Assembly: GCA_030704615.1 (NCBI GenBank)
Contig: CM060734.1
Coordinates: 45,942,001-46,006,000, forward strand
Length of the DNA: 64,000 nt
Reading direction: 5' to 3'
From: Takakia lepidozioides
Taxonomy: Eukaryota; Plantae; Bryophyta
Positions 12,850 to 25,555 of the stretch are shown in pieces. The number at the start of each line of letters is the position of its first letter. Positions within the stretch are counted from its first letter, which is position 1. Below the pieces are notes generated by a model that saw only the letters and a program-made list of their open reading frames with translations, ran no database searches and was not told where the DNA came from. Made by a program: the position numbers and the translations under genes.

Positions 12850-13590
12850 GTTGACGCCGCCAAATCGGGAAATGCACACAACTTCATAAGCAGCATGCCC
12901 AAGGGGTACGACACAGTGGTGAGGTATCTCGTCCTATACACAAGAAAACAGATGTACCGCCGGACTACCACATTCATCAGTGGTATAAGGTCAGATGGTC
13001 CAACGTGTCAACGATTGTCCATGTAGGTCTGAATGTCCTGATGGCTGAAGTGAATTGGGTTTGCTGGCAGTCCACATTGTCTCCAACTTCTTGGCAATTG
13101 ATAACAAATTTGGACATAGTATCTAGAGCAAGCTTCATATCTTCCGGTAATCAGCATAGACTCATACCCAGGTGATACATCTCACAGCTCGTCAAATGAA
13201 CTTTGAAAGGGGCTGGAAACATGACCTGATCAGCAGTGTTGGGTTTGTGGACCAACAATACAGGTGGGTGACCGCGGTGTGCAGCTGTCAGGTGGCCCGA
13301 AACAACGGATTGCCATTGCACTAGCCATTTTGAAAAACCCCCCAATGCTGTTGCTTGACGAAGCCACAACTGCGCTTGATGCTGAGTCAGAACACCTCGT
13401 GCAAGAGGCTCTGGATCGACAGTCGATGAGCAAGCGCACCACAGTAGTCTCCGCTCACCACCTGTCCACAATTAGGAACGCAGATATGATCGCAGTTGTT
13501 CAAGGGGGGCACATTTGTAGAGCAAGGCACCCATACAGCTCTCATGCAAACTCCAAATGGGGTGTACCGTAATCTGGTAGACATGCAGCT
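12850..13590 (+). pseudogene. ABCB/P-glycoprotein transporter NBD fragment (2 exons)
   Basis: AAKSGNAHNFISSMPKGYDTV, intron, [45 protein letters not shown]; signature mutated (SGGP), frameshifted tail, no upstream exons. Confidence 0.85.
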
Positions 13591-14187
13591 GCCACACGTT
13601 TCCAACGCTTCTGTTTGATTGCAAGGATCGCAGAGGCTTAAAAACACTGAACATTGCAACACTCATGAACAAAGTTGATGTTAGCAATCGTGTGAAATGT
13701 TAGCATCCGGAAAATAGGAAATATTCCTGCACAGTATAGGCTGGGAATGAAAAGTGGAGAGATTTTTCCAAACACAGATCGACTCGGAGAATTTAACACT
13801 CGCATGGAGGCGGACACTTAAGATTCTGCACTCACCTCGTATAGTCTCATATCACAACACAGCGATGGTGATGATTGCATGACAGAAAGGGATACATGTG
13901 GATGATTGCGCGTAAATGCTGTGATAATGAACGATAAGGCGCGATAGTTTCTGCACTCAACACTTGCATCCTATGACGACAAAACTTGCTTTCATGTACA
14001 AACCTAACGACATTCACAGTTTGAGGCGATCGTGCTGGCTAACCCTAACAAGGTTACTCTTTGAATTTCACCCTCTTACATTTGCCGCCTTCTCTTGTTC
14101 TCCCGTGAGTCTCCAATTCACTCACTCTTGACAAGCATTGAGTACACCTTCGCTGTGCATACAGCAGCCATTGCGTAGCTTGTGGCC

Positions 14188-17100
14188 ATGGCTCCCCAGA
14201 AAGTGCAGATATCACAGGAAGCATTTGATGCACTGGTGAAGGAGAATGTGGATGAGTTTGAGATGGAGCTTTGCGAAGCACTCGAAGATGCCATCAAAAC
14301 CTTCCAAATGCAAGGGGTTGATTTGACAGGTCCCACTTTGAGTCTTTCTAGCTTGCATTTCATTTCTGTGGATGGTGACGTGAATGGCATCGTGCGATGA
14401 AACTCTTAAGGATTTGTCAATGATAGCGGTATTTTCTTGTAAGAGTTGCATTTTCCACTCAGGACACACTTGGCCTGCGATGGCTACGCTCGGTTGTTGT
14501 CTTTGAGATAGTCACCGATCCAGGAGGGGTACCTCCACACTGCCGGGACGATGGCTGTAAGGCGGTGCCATCGTTGATTGCCAACATGACATGTCTGTGT
14601 TTGAATTTTCCATTGCCGACTAAAGAATGCAGTAGGTAGGTGCTCGAGTGCACGGCAAAAAGACAAATCGTTGTCACCCGCGTTTATCTTATTGGCCATT
14701 AATGTAGCTTCACAACTTCTTCTACCAAATGGACGCCTGTCTAATAGTTATCCTTTCTGAGGATGTCTCCAGGGCGAGGGGACTTGTCACCATTGATCAC
14801 GAGAACCACTCTATATGTGTGGCTATGAAAGGAAAGTCTGATTGGTGTAAACTTCCTTTCAGGTATTGTGATTGATGGAAGTGGGGGAGGTAATGGCAAC
14901 CTTGTCCATCCGGTGGTAGAAGCTGTGAAAACACTTCAAACTGCACTGGACCATGTGAATTCCGAAAATGCAAAATCACCATTGAATTCTCCCGAGCCAG
15001 GTACCTATTATTCCTTCAGTAGGTTCTTCAAATGGTTAGATTTGGTGTGCTTGCATTGGGCTTAGAAGCTGTGGCCACTGGTGCAGTGCAGTAAAGCACA
15101 ACTTATGTTCAGCTTAGGATACTATTGGGCAACTTTCTGTCTTTGGATGTTCAGGGTTCACTTTCTTGACCACATTATCTGATGATGTTCTGGAGAATTT
15201 TCCTCTTGGTATAGAACATTCAAAGTGCTCAGTTCCCAAACATTTTTATCACTGAGTAGAATACTAGCCAAAATGCAGGAGCAAATGCAAGCGATAAGCC
15301 TATAGCTGAGGTTTTGAAAGCATTGGACTCACTGCGCGTCAAATGCTCTGATGGAGAGCTGGACCATGCTTTGATTGCTGGGAAGAATGGGGGAGTGGAA
15401 GCCACCATCTCTGCCTATCAAGCTGTCAAAAGTCAGGGGGCCTTGGCAGCAGGGGTGGCAATGGAAGCACTTCTCTCCCTTCTCGCAGGTGCGTGGGACT
15501 CAGAATTTCACTTTGGGCAGATTTAAAAAAAGCTGAAAGTTCTTAAGATCTAGAGACTATGCACTTTGTCGATTGCCAATGTATCTGTTGACACATCCAT
15601 ATTTACTTTTTCTTACTTTCATGGCGGATATGTTCCTAGGGTTCCCCTGCAGACGATCATAACAGGGAGCGGTTCCAGCAAGCAGATGGACCTCAGATTG
15701 TCTTAGAAGCATTGGCTATGGAGGATGAGGTGACATTTTTTAACCATATACCTGATATCCGGCACTATGCTTCAAGAACACATTAGAAGTTGGTGCATTT
15801 GTTCAGCTAGTTTTGTCAATGTATTTTGAGCAGCTTTTGGACTTTGTGAAGGTGAAGGTGAAGTAGGTGCTTTCTATGCATTGCCTCACATGATTGCTGT
15901 CTGAAATGACAATTGGCTGGAAAATGCAATAAGTAAAGTCTTCAAATATTCATCCCTTAACTTTGAAAGTATACAATATCTGTATGTATGGCTGCAGAGC
16001 AAGGTAGCTGAGTATGGAGCAGCAGCAGTGGCAGCTGCTGCTACAAAGAATGAGAACTTGAAGGATACGTTCATGTATTTGGGGGCTGATGACCTGCTCA
16101 TAAACTTGTTGCGAAAGCATGCGACAGATGTTGCAGTCTTGCAAGTGACATGTGATGCAATTCGTTCGTTGGTCACTGCAGATGATGAGCGCCCTGCAGC
16201 TTCCAAGGTCTTTTAAGTTGGGGATTTGAACTTTTTCTTTTGTTTTATTGATTCTACTGTCGGTCTACTATATCCAAAGGGCTCTCTGGGCCTCCAGTGA
16301 TAAATTTCTTTCTTTCTTTGTCTGCTTAGCAACTTATCTGCATGAGGCACAAGCAGCAGTTGGGATTTGTTGACAAGTTTTTTGTTTTATTCTTATTAGT
16401 TCTATTATGTCCCAGAGAACCTATCAGTTTCATGCGGGTAACAAGAGGTTGGCTAGTTGCATAATCTCTGTACCAACACGTGAACTCATATAGGTCTTAT
16501 AAATGTGGGAAGGTATGTCTTCTCATGTGGGGCCTGGAGTTCTGCCTGCACTAGAACAGGCAGCCCGGTTGATTGGGTGTTTGTGCCTTGCCTGTGCAAA
16601 GCAGGGTGATCCTTGGTTCAGTTGTCCATTCGTCCTTTGGGCTGTGAATAAAGCAGTAGGCTCTGTACATTCGCAGTCTGTTAAACAAACTTTCCTTCCT
16701 CCGCTCCTACATGATGTATCTTGTCATGTGGGTATTACCAGGTGAGGGGGCACAAGGATCAGACTTAAAAAAAGTTGTACCTTGTTGAGGGTAAGTGAGG
16801 ATGAATACAGAAAAACACCGATCTCAGGAGGCAGATTCTATTGTGTGGGTCTTACCTGTTGAGGGTACATCAGGACCAAACTCAAGAGACACCAAAGGAT
16901 CTCACGGTGGTAGAGATAATATCTCTATTATCTTCTCTCCTCATTCCCTGTATCCCCCACCCCAAGAACATTGTCTTGTAAGATTATTGTGAAATTATAC
17001 CTGATGTCTTGCAGATCAGTTGTGCAAAGAAAGATGCCGATTCCAAGGATGGTGGAAGCCATCCTTGCTGACCATGCCCAGGTACACCGGACATATGATC

Positions 17101-19206
17101 ACAACAATCTCTAACCTATGTTGTGTGCTGTTCTGGTTGTCTAGGCTTTCAGACATGCAATGAGGATAGCTAAGGCTGGAGGAGTGGACTCAATACTGGC
17201 AGTGTTTCGACAGCTGCCCAAGTCGTCAGCACTGCTCCCCACTTTGTGCATCACACTGAAGAGTCTTGCTGTCAATGTGAGAAGACTCAAGGCCCACAAA
17301 TATCTGTATTGTCTGTATTGTCTAGTATGGCAAGGTGCTGACACTTGAACACCTGACCCTCATGCATACCTGGTTATCAGGTACCAGCTCTTGAAGTCAA
17401 GCAGATTAGAAGCCACAAACATACCTGCCACTCGAACTTTTGCTTTTCATGAAATCTCAAAGTCAAACTGAAATTGCATCTCCAAACCCTTTTCAGAGAG
17501 ATATCATGGGGCCCAGACCCCTCTAATGCAACCAATTGTTATGTTATGATCCCTTAGATGCTGGAGAAAGAAACGTCACTTTATAGGTGGTATATTTCGT
17601 GGCCAACTTTGAATCTTGTTATGCTGTTGAGAAGTCAAGAACAATCTTTAGAAAATGTTTTTCTGAAGATTGTGCAATCAAAGGAGTGTCTAATCAATTT
17701 TGGGTAATCAACAGTAGATCTGCAGATATGGATGTCATGCATTTTGAGGAGGTTTTAAATCTCTGAGCTGATCGGATCACTTACAGGATGATATATGCAA
17801 GGGTATTGCTGAGCAAGGAGGATTGGATATGGTGCTTCAGTTTCTCGACCATGCCATCCTGCATCACGACAGAGCAATGGCGCGCAGTGCTTGTTCTCTC
17901 CTCTCCCAGGTTCTGTCACTCTCCTATTAGCCTCTCTTACTCCTTAGATTTCTTCTTGTGTAATAGGTGCTTTGAGTGGCAATGATCCCTGATGGTTACC
18001 AGACAAAGAAGAGCCTTCCCTTGCCGACTGTCACTTACTCTTGATTAGTTGTTATGGCTACTCAAGCTTCAGAAAGGTGTCTATTTTCCAGTATTGTGCA
18101 GGCGTTGTTTTGGCTTTGTGCTCCCTCTTGTGATGTGGAGGTTCCAAATTACTCAGACTTGTGAGGCAAGGACCTTGCTGGGTGGACCATGTAGGGCAAT
18201 TTCCAACATAGGCACATGGATAGACCACCTTCAATGCAGCTAGTTCCCCAACCACTGGTCTCTTTTTTGGAAGCTGTCATCATGCAACATAGCATTCCAC
18301 ATTCGACTGGAAGGAGATATTTCTTGGAAACTACATCAATCCAGATGTCAACGGCAGCACTTCATTTTCTGCTTTATATCTCTTGAGTTGTTGAGATTCT
18401 TAAGGAACTTTCTTTTGTTAGGAGTAGAGGGTACTCTGGGTATCAAGGTTCACTTTTCAAAGTGGGTGGGCAGCTAGCAGGCAGCGACACCAACAAGGAT
18501 GGAATTGTGTTGCGTGGGGGAATGAACCAGATCATCATGCTCATGTCCAACTATTCAGAGGACCCTTCTGTCCTCCAGGAGGTAATACTCCAGCGTAGGT
18601 GCTGAGATTCCTCTTTGGTGCACATCCTGACTGATGTGACAGCGGGCTTGCATTCATTTGATACCTGTCTTTTCTTACAGGGGTTTGTAGCCATGGCCAC
18701 TTTGACACTGAGATCACCAAACAATGCCAGCAAGGCAGTGCAAGCTGGGGCAGTAGATATGGCAGCAGAGATGATGGAAATGCATGCAGGTGTGGCCCCT
18801 ATGCTGCGACAAGCTTGCCAAATGCTGCGAAACCTGGCTGTCCGCAACCCTGAGAACAGGTGTGCTGTCAAGCTCTTCGCTAGTTTTTGAGTCTTCCTTC
18901 TATATTGAATGTTGTTTCTAGATTTCTGAGCCCGATGCCTAGGACTAGCTTTTGGACAAATAACCCTTGCTCTAGCAGTTCTTCTTTTCAATGAGTCCAT
19001 CATCTCTACGACGGACATTCTTTCCTTCTAGCTGTCTGTGGATTGGACAACTCGTTCATCTGCTGATGGGTGGAAGCTTGTGCAGGCCAATTATTATGGA
19101 GAGAGGGCTGCCAGCTTTAATACGGAAGGCAAAGACAACCCATGCTATTTGCCAGGATGTTGGCTCAGCTGCTCTCCGAGACCTGGGATTCGATGATTAC
19201 AAGTAG
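14188..19206 (+). CDS. ARMC6: Armadillo repeat-containing protein 6-like, about 10 exons
   Basis: ISQEAFDALVKENVDEFEMELCEALEDAIKTFQMQGVDL N-terminus and AALRDLG C-terminus. GT-AG exons approx. 14188-14329, 14863-15000, 15279-15488, 15653-15729, 15998-16207, 17144-17276, 17787-17909, 18474-18581, 18681-18859, 19086-19206. Confidence 0.85.
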
Positions 19207-20663
19207 ATCCCCTTAACCTGTCAATGTGACTTCTATCTTGGAAGAGGGTTCTATGATTCCTCCCTCCAGATGGTGTGACTGTATTCTCCTAAAAGAAACC
19301 CTTGTTTGGGTTTTGGAGTCCCTGTATAAGTAGTGCAGATTGTTCCATTACGGGCACCAGTTTTTCCAGGATTAACCATTGGATTGCAACTGCAATTCAA
19401 GCACCCAACAGAGTCTGATCTGCTCAATTTTGTCAGGAACATCATTTTGTCAATGTGCCCTACCTTTATTCTCTACTTCGATTGGATGGTGGATTCATCA
19501 TTGTCTTACGTGGTGGACGGCTCTACCTCCATCGGGACTGAATAACCGTGCCTTTTGTTTTCCTCTGCTCATAGTACTTTGGGGTTACTCTCTTACAGCA
19601 TGTATCTCTGGACTCCACCTCATTCTCCCCCATGCCTTGATGACCGCAAGTGACGAAGCTATTGGTTTATGTTTGACTTGTGATTCATAACTGTTGCTTC
19701 AATTGGAGGGCAAAACTTAAGGACCATCTTCAATGCATGACTTCTTATTCTTGAAAAACAACCTCGATGAAGGTAAGGAGTGCATATATGAAAATGACTC
19801 TGTTTCTGAAGGTCTGAAGACATCTCTAAAGAACTTTTCCTTCAGGACAAATGGTGCCCAGGTACGGAAGGATACTACACTCCTGCATTTGCAGTACATG
19901 CTGTCCCTAACAGCAGGTCGGACCCTTATCCAGATTTCGCATGGAGCTACTTGCCATGTTCCAGAGCTGGGCTGCACATGTGTTGTGGATGGTAGTGAAG
20001 CTGACCTTGTCTACCTTCATCCCTTCTCTTTGCATTTGCATGAAGACTTAAAAAGCCTTTGGCATGACCGTGCTGAGCTAATGCTTCTCGGCCCTGCATC
20101 TCACCTCCCTTGCAAAGAGAAGAACCACAGATATGTCAATGCTTCAATATCTTTGCCATCTAATTGGTGTGTTGCTGTACTCAAAACACATCTCCACTTT
20201 TTTTGGCCCAATATCAAATGAAATCTGGAGCGATGGCTCACAATTCAGGCCCTTGGACCCAAAGGTCAACAAACCAACAGGGGATTGAACCGGAACCTCC
20301 TTTCATGCCTAAGCCATTTGAGCGTGTTAAATTTTCAGTTGTGTGGTTAGAAGTTAGAACAGCTCAGTACAAATTCCCAAATTGTCTTGTCGTATTGAGA
20401 GCATCTAGGGTTTGATTGCTCGGAAGCAACACTTGAATCTGCAGAGAGGAAGAGAGAATCAACACACACATAGCGGATACGTAATTGGCATACAAGAGAG
20501 AGTAGTGGGTTCTTTGTTTGGGGTCGAGATAGAGAGAGGTTCAGTCTGGAACAACTCTTGCATCAGAGTTGAAGACATACCCATAAATCGGAATGCTGAT
20601 TGGCGTACAAGGGAGCTAGTAGTTGTATTTTCTTTGGGTTTGAGGAAGAGGAGGTGAGCAAGC

Positions 20664-21824
20664 ATGGAGGAGCCAGAGGCGACAGAGGATGCAAAGCTGA
20701 TTCTAGCACGCAAGCTTTTTTTACTACGAGCACCTGAAGTACCAGACATTGAGAAATCACAATTGAAGGATGAGGTTATGGCAGTGATCAGTGCTGATGA
20801 TATGGCAGGGCTCTACCAAATCTGCTGCCTGGAGCTTGGTTGGGATCTCGAACAACATCTTCTTGAATCTATGTATGCTAGGATTGCGGATGATGTGAAA
20901 AAATTGGAAGAAAAAATCGCAGATGCTGAGGAGAATCTAGGGGAGAGTGAGGTTCGTGAGGCTTTATTGGCTAAGGCATTGTATTACATCCGCATTGGCG
21001 ACAAGGAGAAGGCCTTGGAGCAGCTCAAAGTGACTGAAGGGAAGACGGTGGCGGTGGGCCAGAAGATGGACCTTGTCTTTCACACATTGAGGCTTGGGCT
21101 GTTCTTCCTGGATTTTAACCTAATTTCCACCAACATCGAGAAGGCCAAGAGCTTGTTCAACGAAGGGGGTGACTGGGAACGAAAAAATAGACTCAAAGTG
21201 TACGAGGGTTTGTACTGCATGGCGACCCGCAACTTCAAACAAGCAGCTACACTGTTCCTTGACTCCATATCCACATTCACTACATATGAGCTCTTCTCTT
21301 ACGACACATTCATATTCTACTCTGTGCTGACCAGCATTCTCTCACTCGACCGGGTCTCTCTAAAGCAGAAGGTGGTGGATGCGCCTGAGATTTTGGCGGT
21401 GATTGGTAAGATTCCCAATCTCTCTGACTTTCTGAACGCCCTCTATGGTTGCCATTACAAGACATTCTTCATCGCGTTTGCGGGTCTGACTGACCAAATT
21501 AGGTTGGATCGATACTTGCATCCTCACTTCCGGTACTACATGCGAGAGGTGCGGGCGGTGGCTTATTCACAGTTTCTAGAATCATACAAAAGCGTGACTA
21601 TGGAGGCCATGGCCAATTCCTTTGGAGTCAGTGTTTCGTTTCTGGATAAGGAATTGTCGCTCTTCATAGCTGCAGGGAGGCTGAATTGCAAGATTGATAA
21701 GGTTGCTGGCGTATTGGAAACCAATAGGCCAGATGCCAAAAACGCCCTCTACCAAGCAACGATCAAGCAAGGGGACTTCTTGCTTAATCGCATTCAGAAG
21801 CTATCCAGAGTAATTGACTTGTGA
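20664..21824 (+). CDS. RPN7: 26S proteasome non-ATPase regulatory subunit 6 (RPN7), intronless
   Basis: 386-aa intact ORF: DAEENLGESEVREA, GGDWERKNRLKVYEG, PCI domain, RPDAKNALYQATIKQGD..LNRIQKLSRVIDL. Confidence 0.96.
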   Translation: MEEPEATEDAKLILARKLFLLRAPEVPDIEKSQLKDEVMAVISADDMAGLYQICCLELGWDLEQHLLESMYARIADDVKKLEEKIADAEENLGESEVREALLAKALYYIRIGDKEKALEQLKVTEGKTVAVGQKMDLVFHTLRLGLFFLDFNLISTNIEKAKSLFNEGGDWERKNRLKVYEGLYCMATRNFKQAATLFLDSISTFTTYELFSYDTFIFYSVLTSILSLDRVSLKQKVVDAPEILAVIGKIPNLSDFLNALYGCHYKTFFIAFAGLTDQIRLDRYLHPHFRYYMREVRAVAYSQFLESYKSVTMEAMANSFGVSVSFLDKELSLFIAAGRLNCKIDKVAGVLETNRPDAKNALYQATIKQGDFLLNRIQKLSRVIDL

Positions 21825-23869
21825 AAATTTCAGATATGAGCTATTACCTTGAGCTGATCTTGCTGAAGGAACCCAGGGGCATCTGATTAGGTGAGGTATG
21901 ATGAGAGGCTTGACCACAGAAATGTTTGCAATACCCACCTGTGCTCTACCGTTTTGCTGTTAGAAACAGATTGCTGTCCATTGCAAGTAATGTCATTATA
22001 AAACATTATTGTTACATGTTAGGTCTCTTTACTCTTGTGTTATGACTGGTCTGTAATATTGTTTAGTTGTTTCTGGCATGAGTTCTACATGTTAAGAGGT
22101 CCATAGAATGCTGGAGCAGATTATTGCTTCAGATAGCACATATGTACCCAACTTAAACTGCAAAACACTGTGTAATGAAGAGTCTATATTGGAATCTGTG
22201 CAACCACGGAGGGTTTTGGCTGCATGAGAGTAAAAGAAGTGCATTTTGAATGGGCTTCCAATGCACTAGATGTGGTCCTAGGTTGAGATGCATGTGTGCC
22301 CTACACCATATATCATCCTGTACAGTAAATCTAGTTCCATTTTTCTAGATGGTCAGCTTCTGTGTGCTTTTAGGTTTGTTCCTGCCAGTAGTCCATATGT
22401 GCAACTGGAAAGGAAACTAAGTCAGTTGAACATCAACCATGTTAAAAGTCGTTTTTGAAGTCTGAAACATGGGAATATTTGAATATCTAGTCTATACTTC
22501 GCTCATTGCATTCTGGTGGCCTGTTTGTCACAGTTATAGATTGTCAGAGTTGATGGTGTAGCTAGGCAGGCAATCAAATGGTAATGCCACGGTCCTGCCA
22601 AACCATGTAGTTGAAATATTGGAGGAAGGGATTCTGTATGAAACCACAGTGAGGGGCCTGGTTTTGTCCAGCTGCAGAGCCGCTCACAGTCATGTAGCAA
22701 TCATGCAGCTTCTAACAGTTCCCGGTGGTGATTGTGTCTGACGACCATGTAATGTTGTTCATTGTTCCAGAAGCCTTGGCTTGGGTCTTGGAGGCTATCC
22801 TTTTCCCTTCTTTTCTACTATGGTAGCCACAAGACCAGGTTGATGCCTTTTGGTTTCTCATGGACCTCAATTATCAGATAGCACATGGGCCCAATGCAAT
22901 CAATGCAATCATGTATCAATCATGCAGCCTCTACCAGTTCCTACTGAGTGTTTTTGGCGACAATTTCATGAGCCCCTAGCTTGGGTCTTGGTGGCTATAT
23001 GGCCAGCTGCATGCAGAGAACACAAACCAAAGGAGGTCTACATCTTGTATTTCCGGTGCAGGTATATGTCGTGTCCATGGTTTCTAGGTTAAATCTAGCC
23101 AAGAATCCCCTCTCAAACCAGAAGCTCCCATTAAACATGACCACCTTGTAAATCGCTTGTAAATGCCCACTGCCAGAGCAAGCCCCAGCAAAGGTGCAAA
23201 GGTTTCCTAGAGTGCTCTCCTTTAGTCCCCTTTACTCCCTTTTTTCCGGGCAGCCACAAGACCAGGATGAGGCCTTTTGGTTTCTCATGGCACTTGAGCT
23301 CTTTGTGCTGCCTTATGATAAACCCACAAATGGTTACCAGACATGTTGTATGTCTCTGCTGTTCCTTCCACTGTTTTGGAGTGCCATCAGTGTGTAATAG
23401 CTGTGAAATGAAAGAAATCAGCTAAACATGAACTTAGCCAGACAAAAGAAATTGTCTTCAAGGACGTTTTATCATGTTGCACAAATTGTCACGTCTGGTT
23501 AAGCAGCAGAGCAAGATCTGCACGATTGTGCCAGATATGTGGCTGTCTGCTTAATTGTGGCAGACTCTCTTAGTAGTAAGTATTGAATTGATGATCAAAC
23601 CCTCTGTTTTTGTACCCCCACTGGCTAACCCGAAGACTTCTTAAGATCCATTGAATCTTTCAATCTACATAGCTGGAAAACCACATTGAACTCATCCCTA
23701 GTCACCTATGTCTGATCTCACCAGGTATCAACCTGTCCAAATCTATTCAGTGATGCAAACGGTTCCTGTTAGGAGGAGCTGAGGGTCTAGTCCTCTGGAG
23801 AGAATCTGAGGCCATCCAACATAGCCCTTGACTCCTTCTGACCCTTGATCTGTGGATGGAGTTTCTGTC

Positions 23870-23982
23870 AGACAAACAAAGGATTTGACTCCTACCAAAG
23901 CAAACAAAAAACCAGACAAAAAGATTGACTCCGACTGAAGCAAACCAAAAAACTAGACAAAAGATTGACCCCGACTGAAGCA
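23870..23982. repeat. About 41-bp tandem repeat (about 2.5 copies)
   Basis: GCAAAC-A-run-AGACAAAAAGATTGACTCCGACTGAA repeated. Confidence 0.7.
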
Positions 23983-24421
23983 CACATTTTTGTTTTTGGT
24001 TGCGTCCAGAAGATGTCCAAGCAGGGCAGTGCGGTGGCCCAACCCTCCCCCAAGATCAGAATCAGGAACCCACAAAATTGGGTGACCATTTGACCGAGTC
24101 AAGCGACCCAAGTCAAGAGTTTCTGTTACAGGGATGGAAATAACTCAAACAGTTCCTTGTCTTAGATCCCCCCTCCCAGTACACTCAACAGTGACTCATC
24201 CAATTGACAAGGGACCATAACGTGCAACCATACACAATCTCTAGTCAGAAAAACCTGTCATGCAAACTTCATGGTAATTGCCATCATTGTGGTCCCCACT
24301 CCTCAACAAATTGCAACAGACCTTTACCAGGACGAGCATTTTCCAGGAACTAGTCAATGTTTCATCATGTCTGCGATCCAATGAGTACAATCTACAGACT
24401 AATCAGAAGTCCAGAGAAACT

Positions 24422-25555
24422 TCAAGCCAGCTTGCTCTTGAACCAGAGTATCCCATCTTGCCCATCGGCATCTGCCTCTACATACAAGCACTCTTTAGTC
24501 TCACGCCAAAGTGCAATGGGCACGGGCGTGGAATCGAACTGGTAATAACTACCTAAAATTGGCTTGATGGCCTTAGTAGCCTCCTCTGCGTGATAATGTG
24601 GCATTGTCGAAAACATGTGGTGAGTAACATGCGTGTCTGTAATGTGATGGAAGACATGGTTCAAAATCCCGTAGTCTCGATCAACTGTGGCAAGAGCCCC
24701 TCGGAGCCAATCCCACTCAGTGCTTTCGTAATGTGGCAGTGAGGGATGAGTGTGCTGAAGGAAGGTGATGAGAACAAGAAACATGTTGACAATCAGGAGG
24801 GGCACGCCATAGATTTTGAATAGCCACACAAACCCGTAAGTTGCCCCCAGGCTGTAGAGGCAATAGGCAGTACCCAACAAGGCAACGTCGCTGATGAAGA
24901 TCTGGAGCTTCTCCCTGTTGCTGAAAATTGGGCTATTGGGGTCAAAATGGTTGGCATACCGAGGATACTTCCGGCCAGAGACGTTGAAGGTGAGATAGAG
25001 AGGCCACCCGAGGAGCAGTGTGAAAGCAATAAATAGCAATCGACCAGGAGGATGTTGCATGTACTTCAAGACCCCTGCAACCTCGTCCTTCATCTTGGGG
25101 ACGAAGACTTCATCGCGCTCTACACTGCCCGTGTTGCTGTGATGCCTGCGGTGGCTATACTTCCACGAGAAATAAGGAACCAGCAACAAAGAATGCATAA
25201 TCAGACCGACCGTGTCGTCCAACCATTGGTAGTCACTGAAAGCGTGATGACCACATTCATGAGCTATGACCCAAACCCCAGTAGCCACACAGCCTTGCAC
25301 TATCCAGTACGATGCCCACATTGCCCAGCCCAGCACTCCGTCGAAGACGAAATATCGCGTGGCAAACAGGAACAGGCCGATGATGGCCAGATCCATAGCC
25401 AGGTAAGACCCTGACTTCAGCACTGATCGATTGAAGCAGTGAGGAGGGATCGCCTTCTTCAATTGTCCAACTGTGAACGGAGGCTTCAAGGAGGGGGCAC
25501 GATCCAAAACGTTGGTAACTTCATCACCGACCGAGGCCCTTCCACCTTTTCCCAT
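24422..25555 (-). CDS. FAD2: Microsomal omega-6 (delta-12) fatty acid desaturase
   Basis: 377-aa ORF with histidine boxes HECGHH, HRRHH, HVTHH; KKAIPPHCF; aromatic C-terminal ER-retrieval-like end. Confidence 0.95.
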   Translation of the reverse strand: MGKGGRASVGDEVTNVLDRAPSLKPPFTVGQLKKAIPPHCFNRSVLKSGSYLAMDLAIIGLFLFATRYFVFDGVLGWAMWASYWIVQGCVATGVWVIAHECGHHAFSDYQWLDDTVGLIMHSLLLVPYFSWKYSHRRHHSNTGSVERDEVFVPKMKDEVAGVLKYMQHPPGRLLFIAFTLLLGWPLYLTFNVSGRKYPRYANHFDPNSPIFSNREKLQIFISDVALLGTAYCLYSLGATYGFVWLFKIYGVPLLIVNMFLVLITFLQHTHPSLPHYESTEWDWLRGALATVDRDYGILNHVFHHITDTHVTHHMFSTMPHYHAEEATKAIKPILGSYYQFDSTPVPIALWRETKECLYVEADADGQDGILWFKSKLA

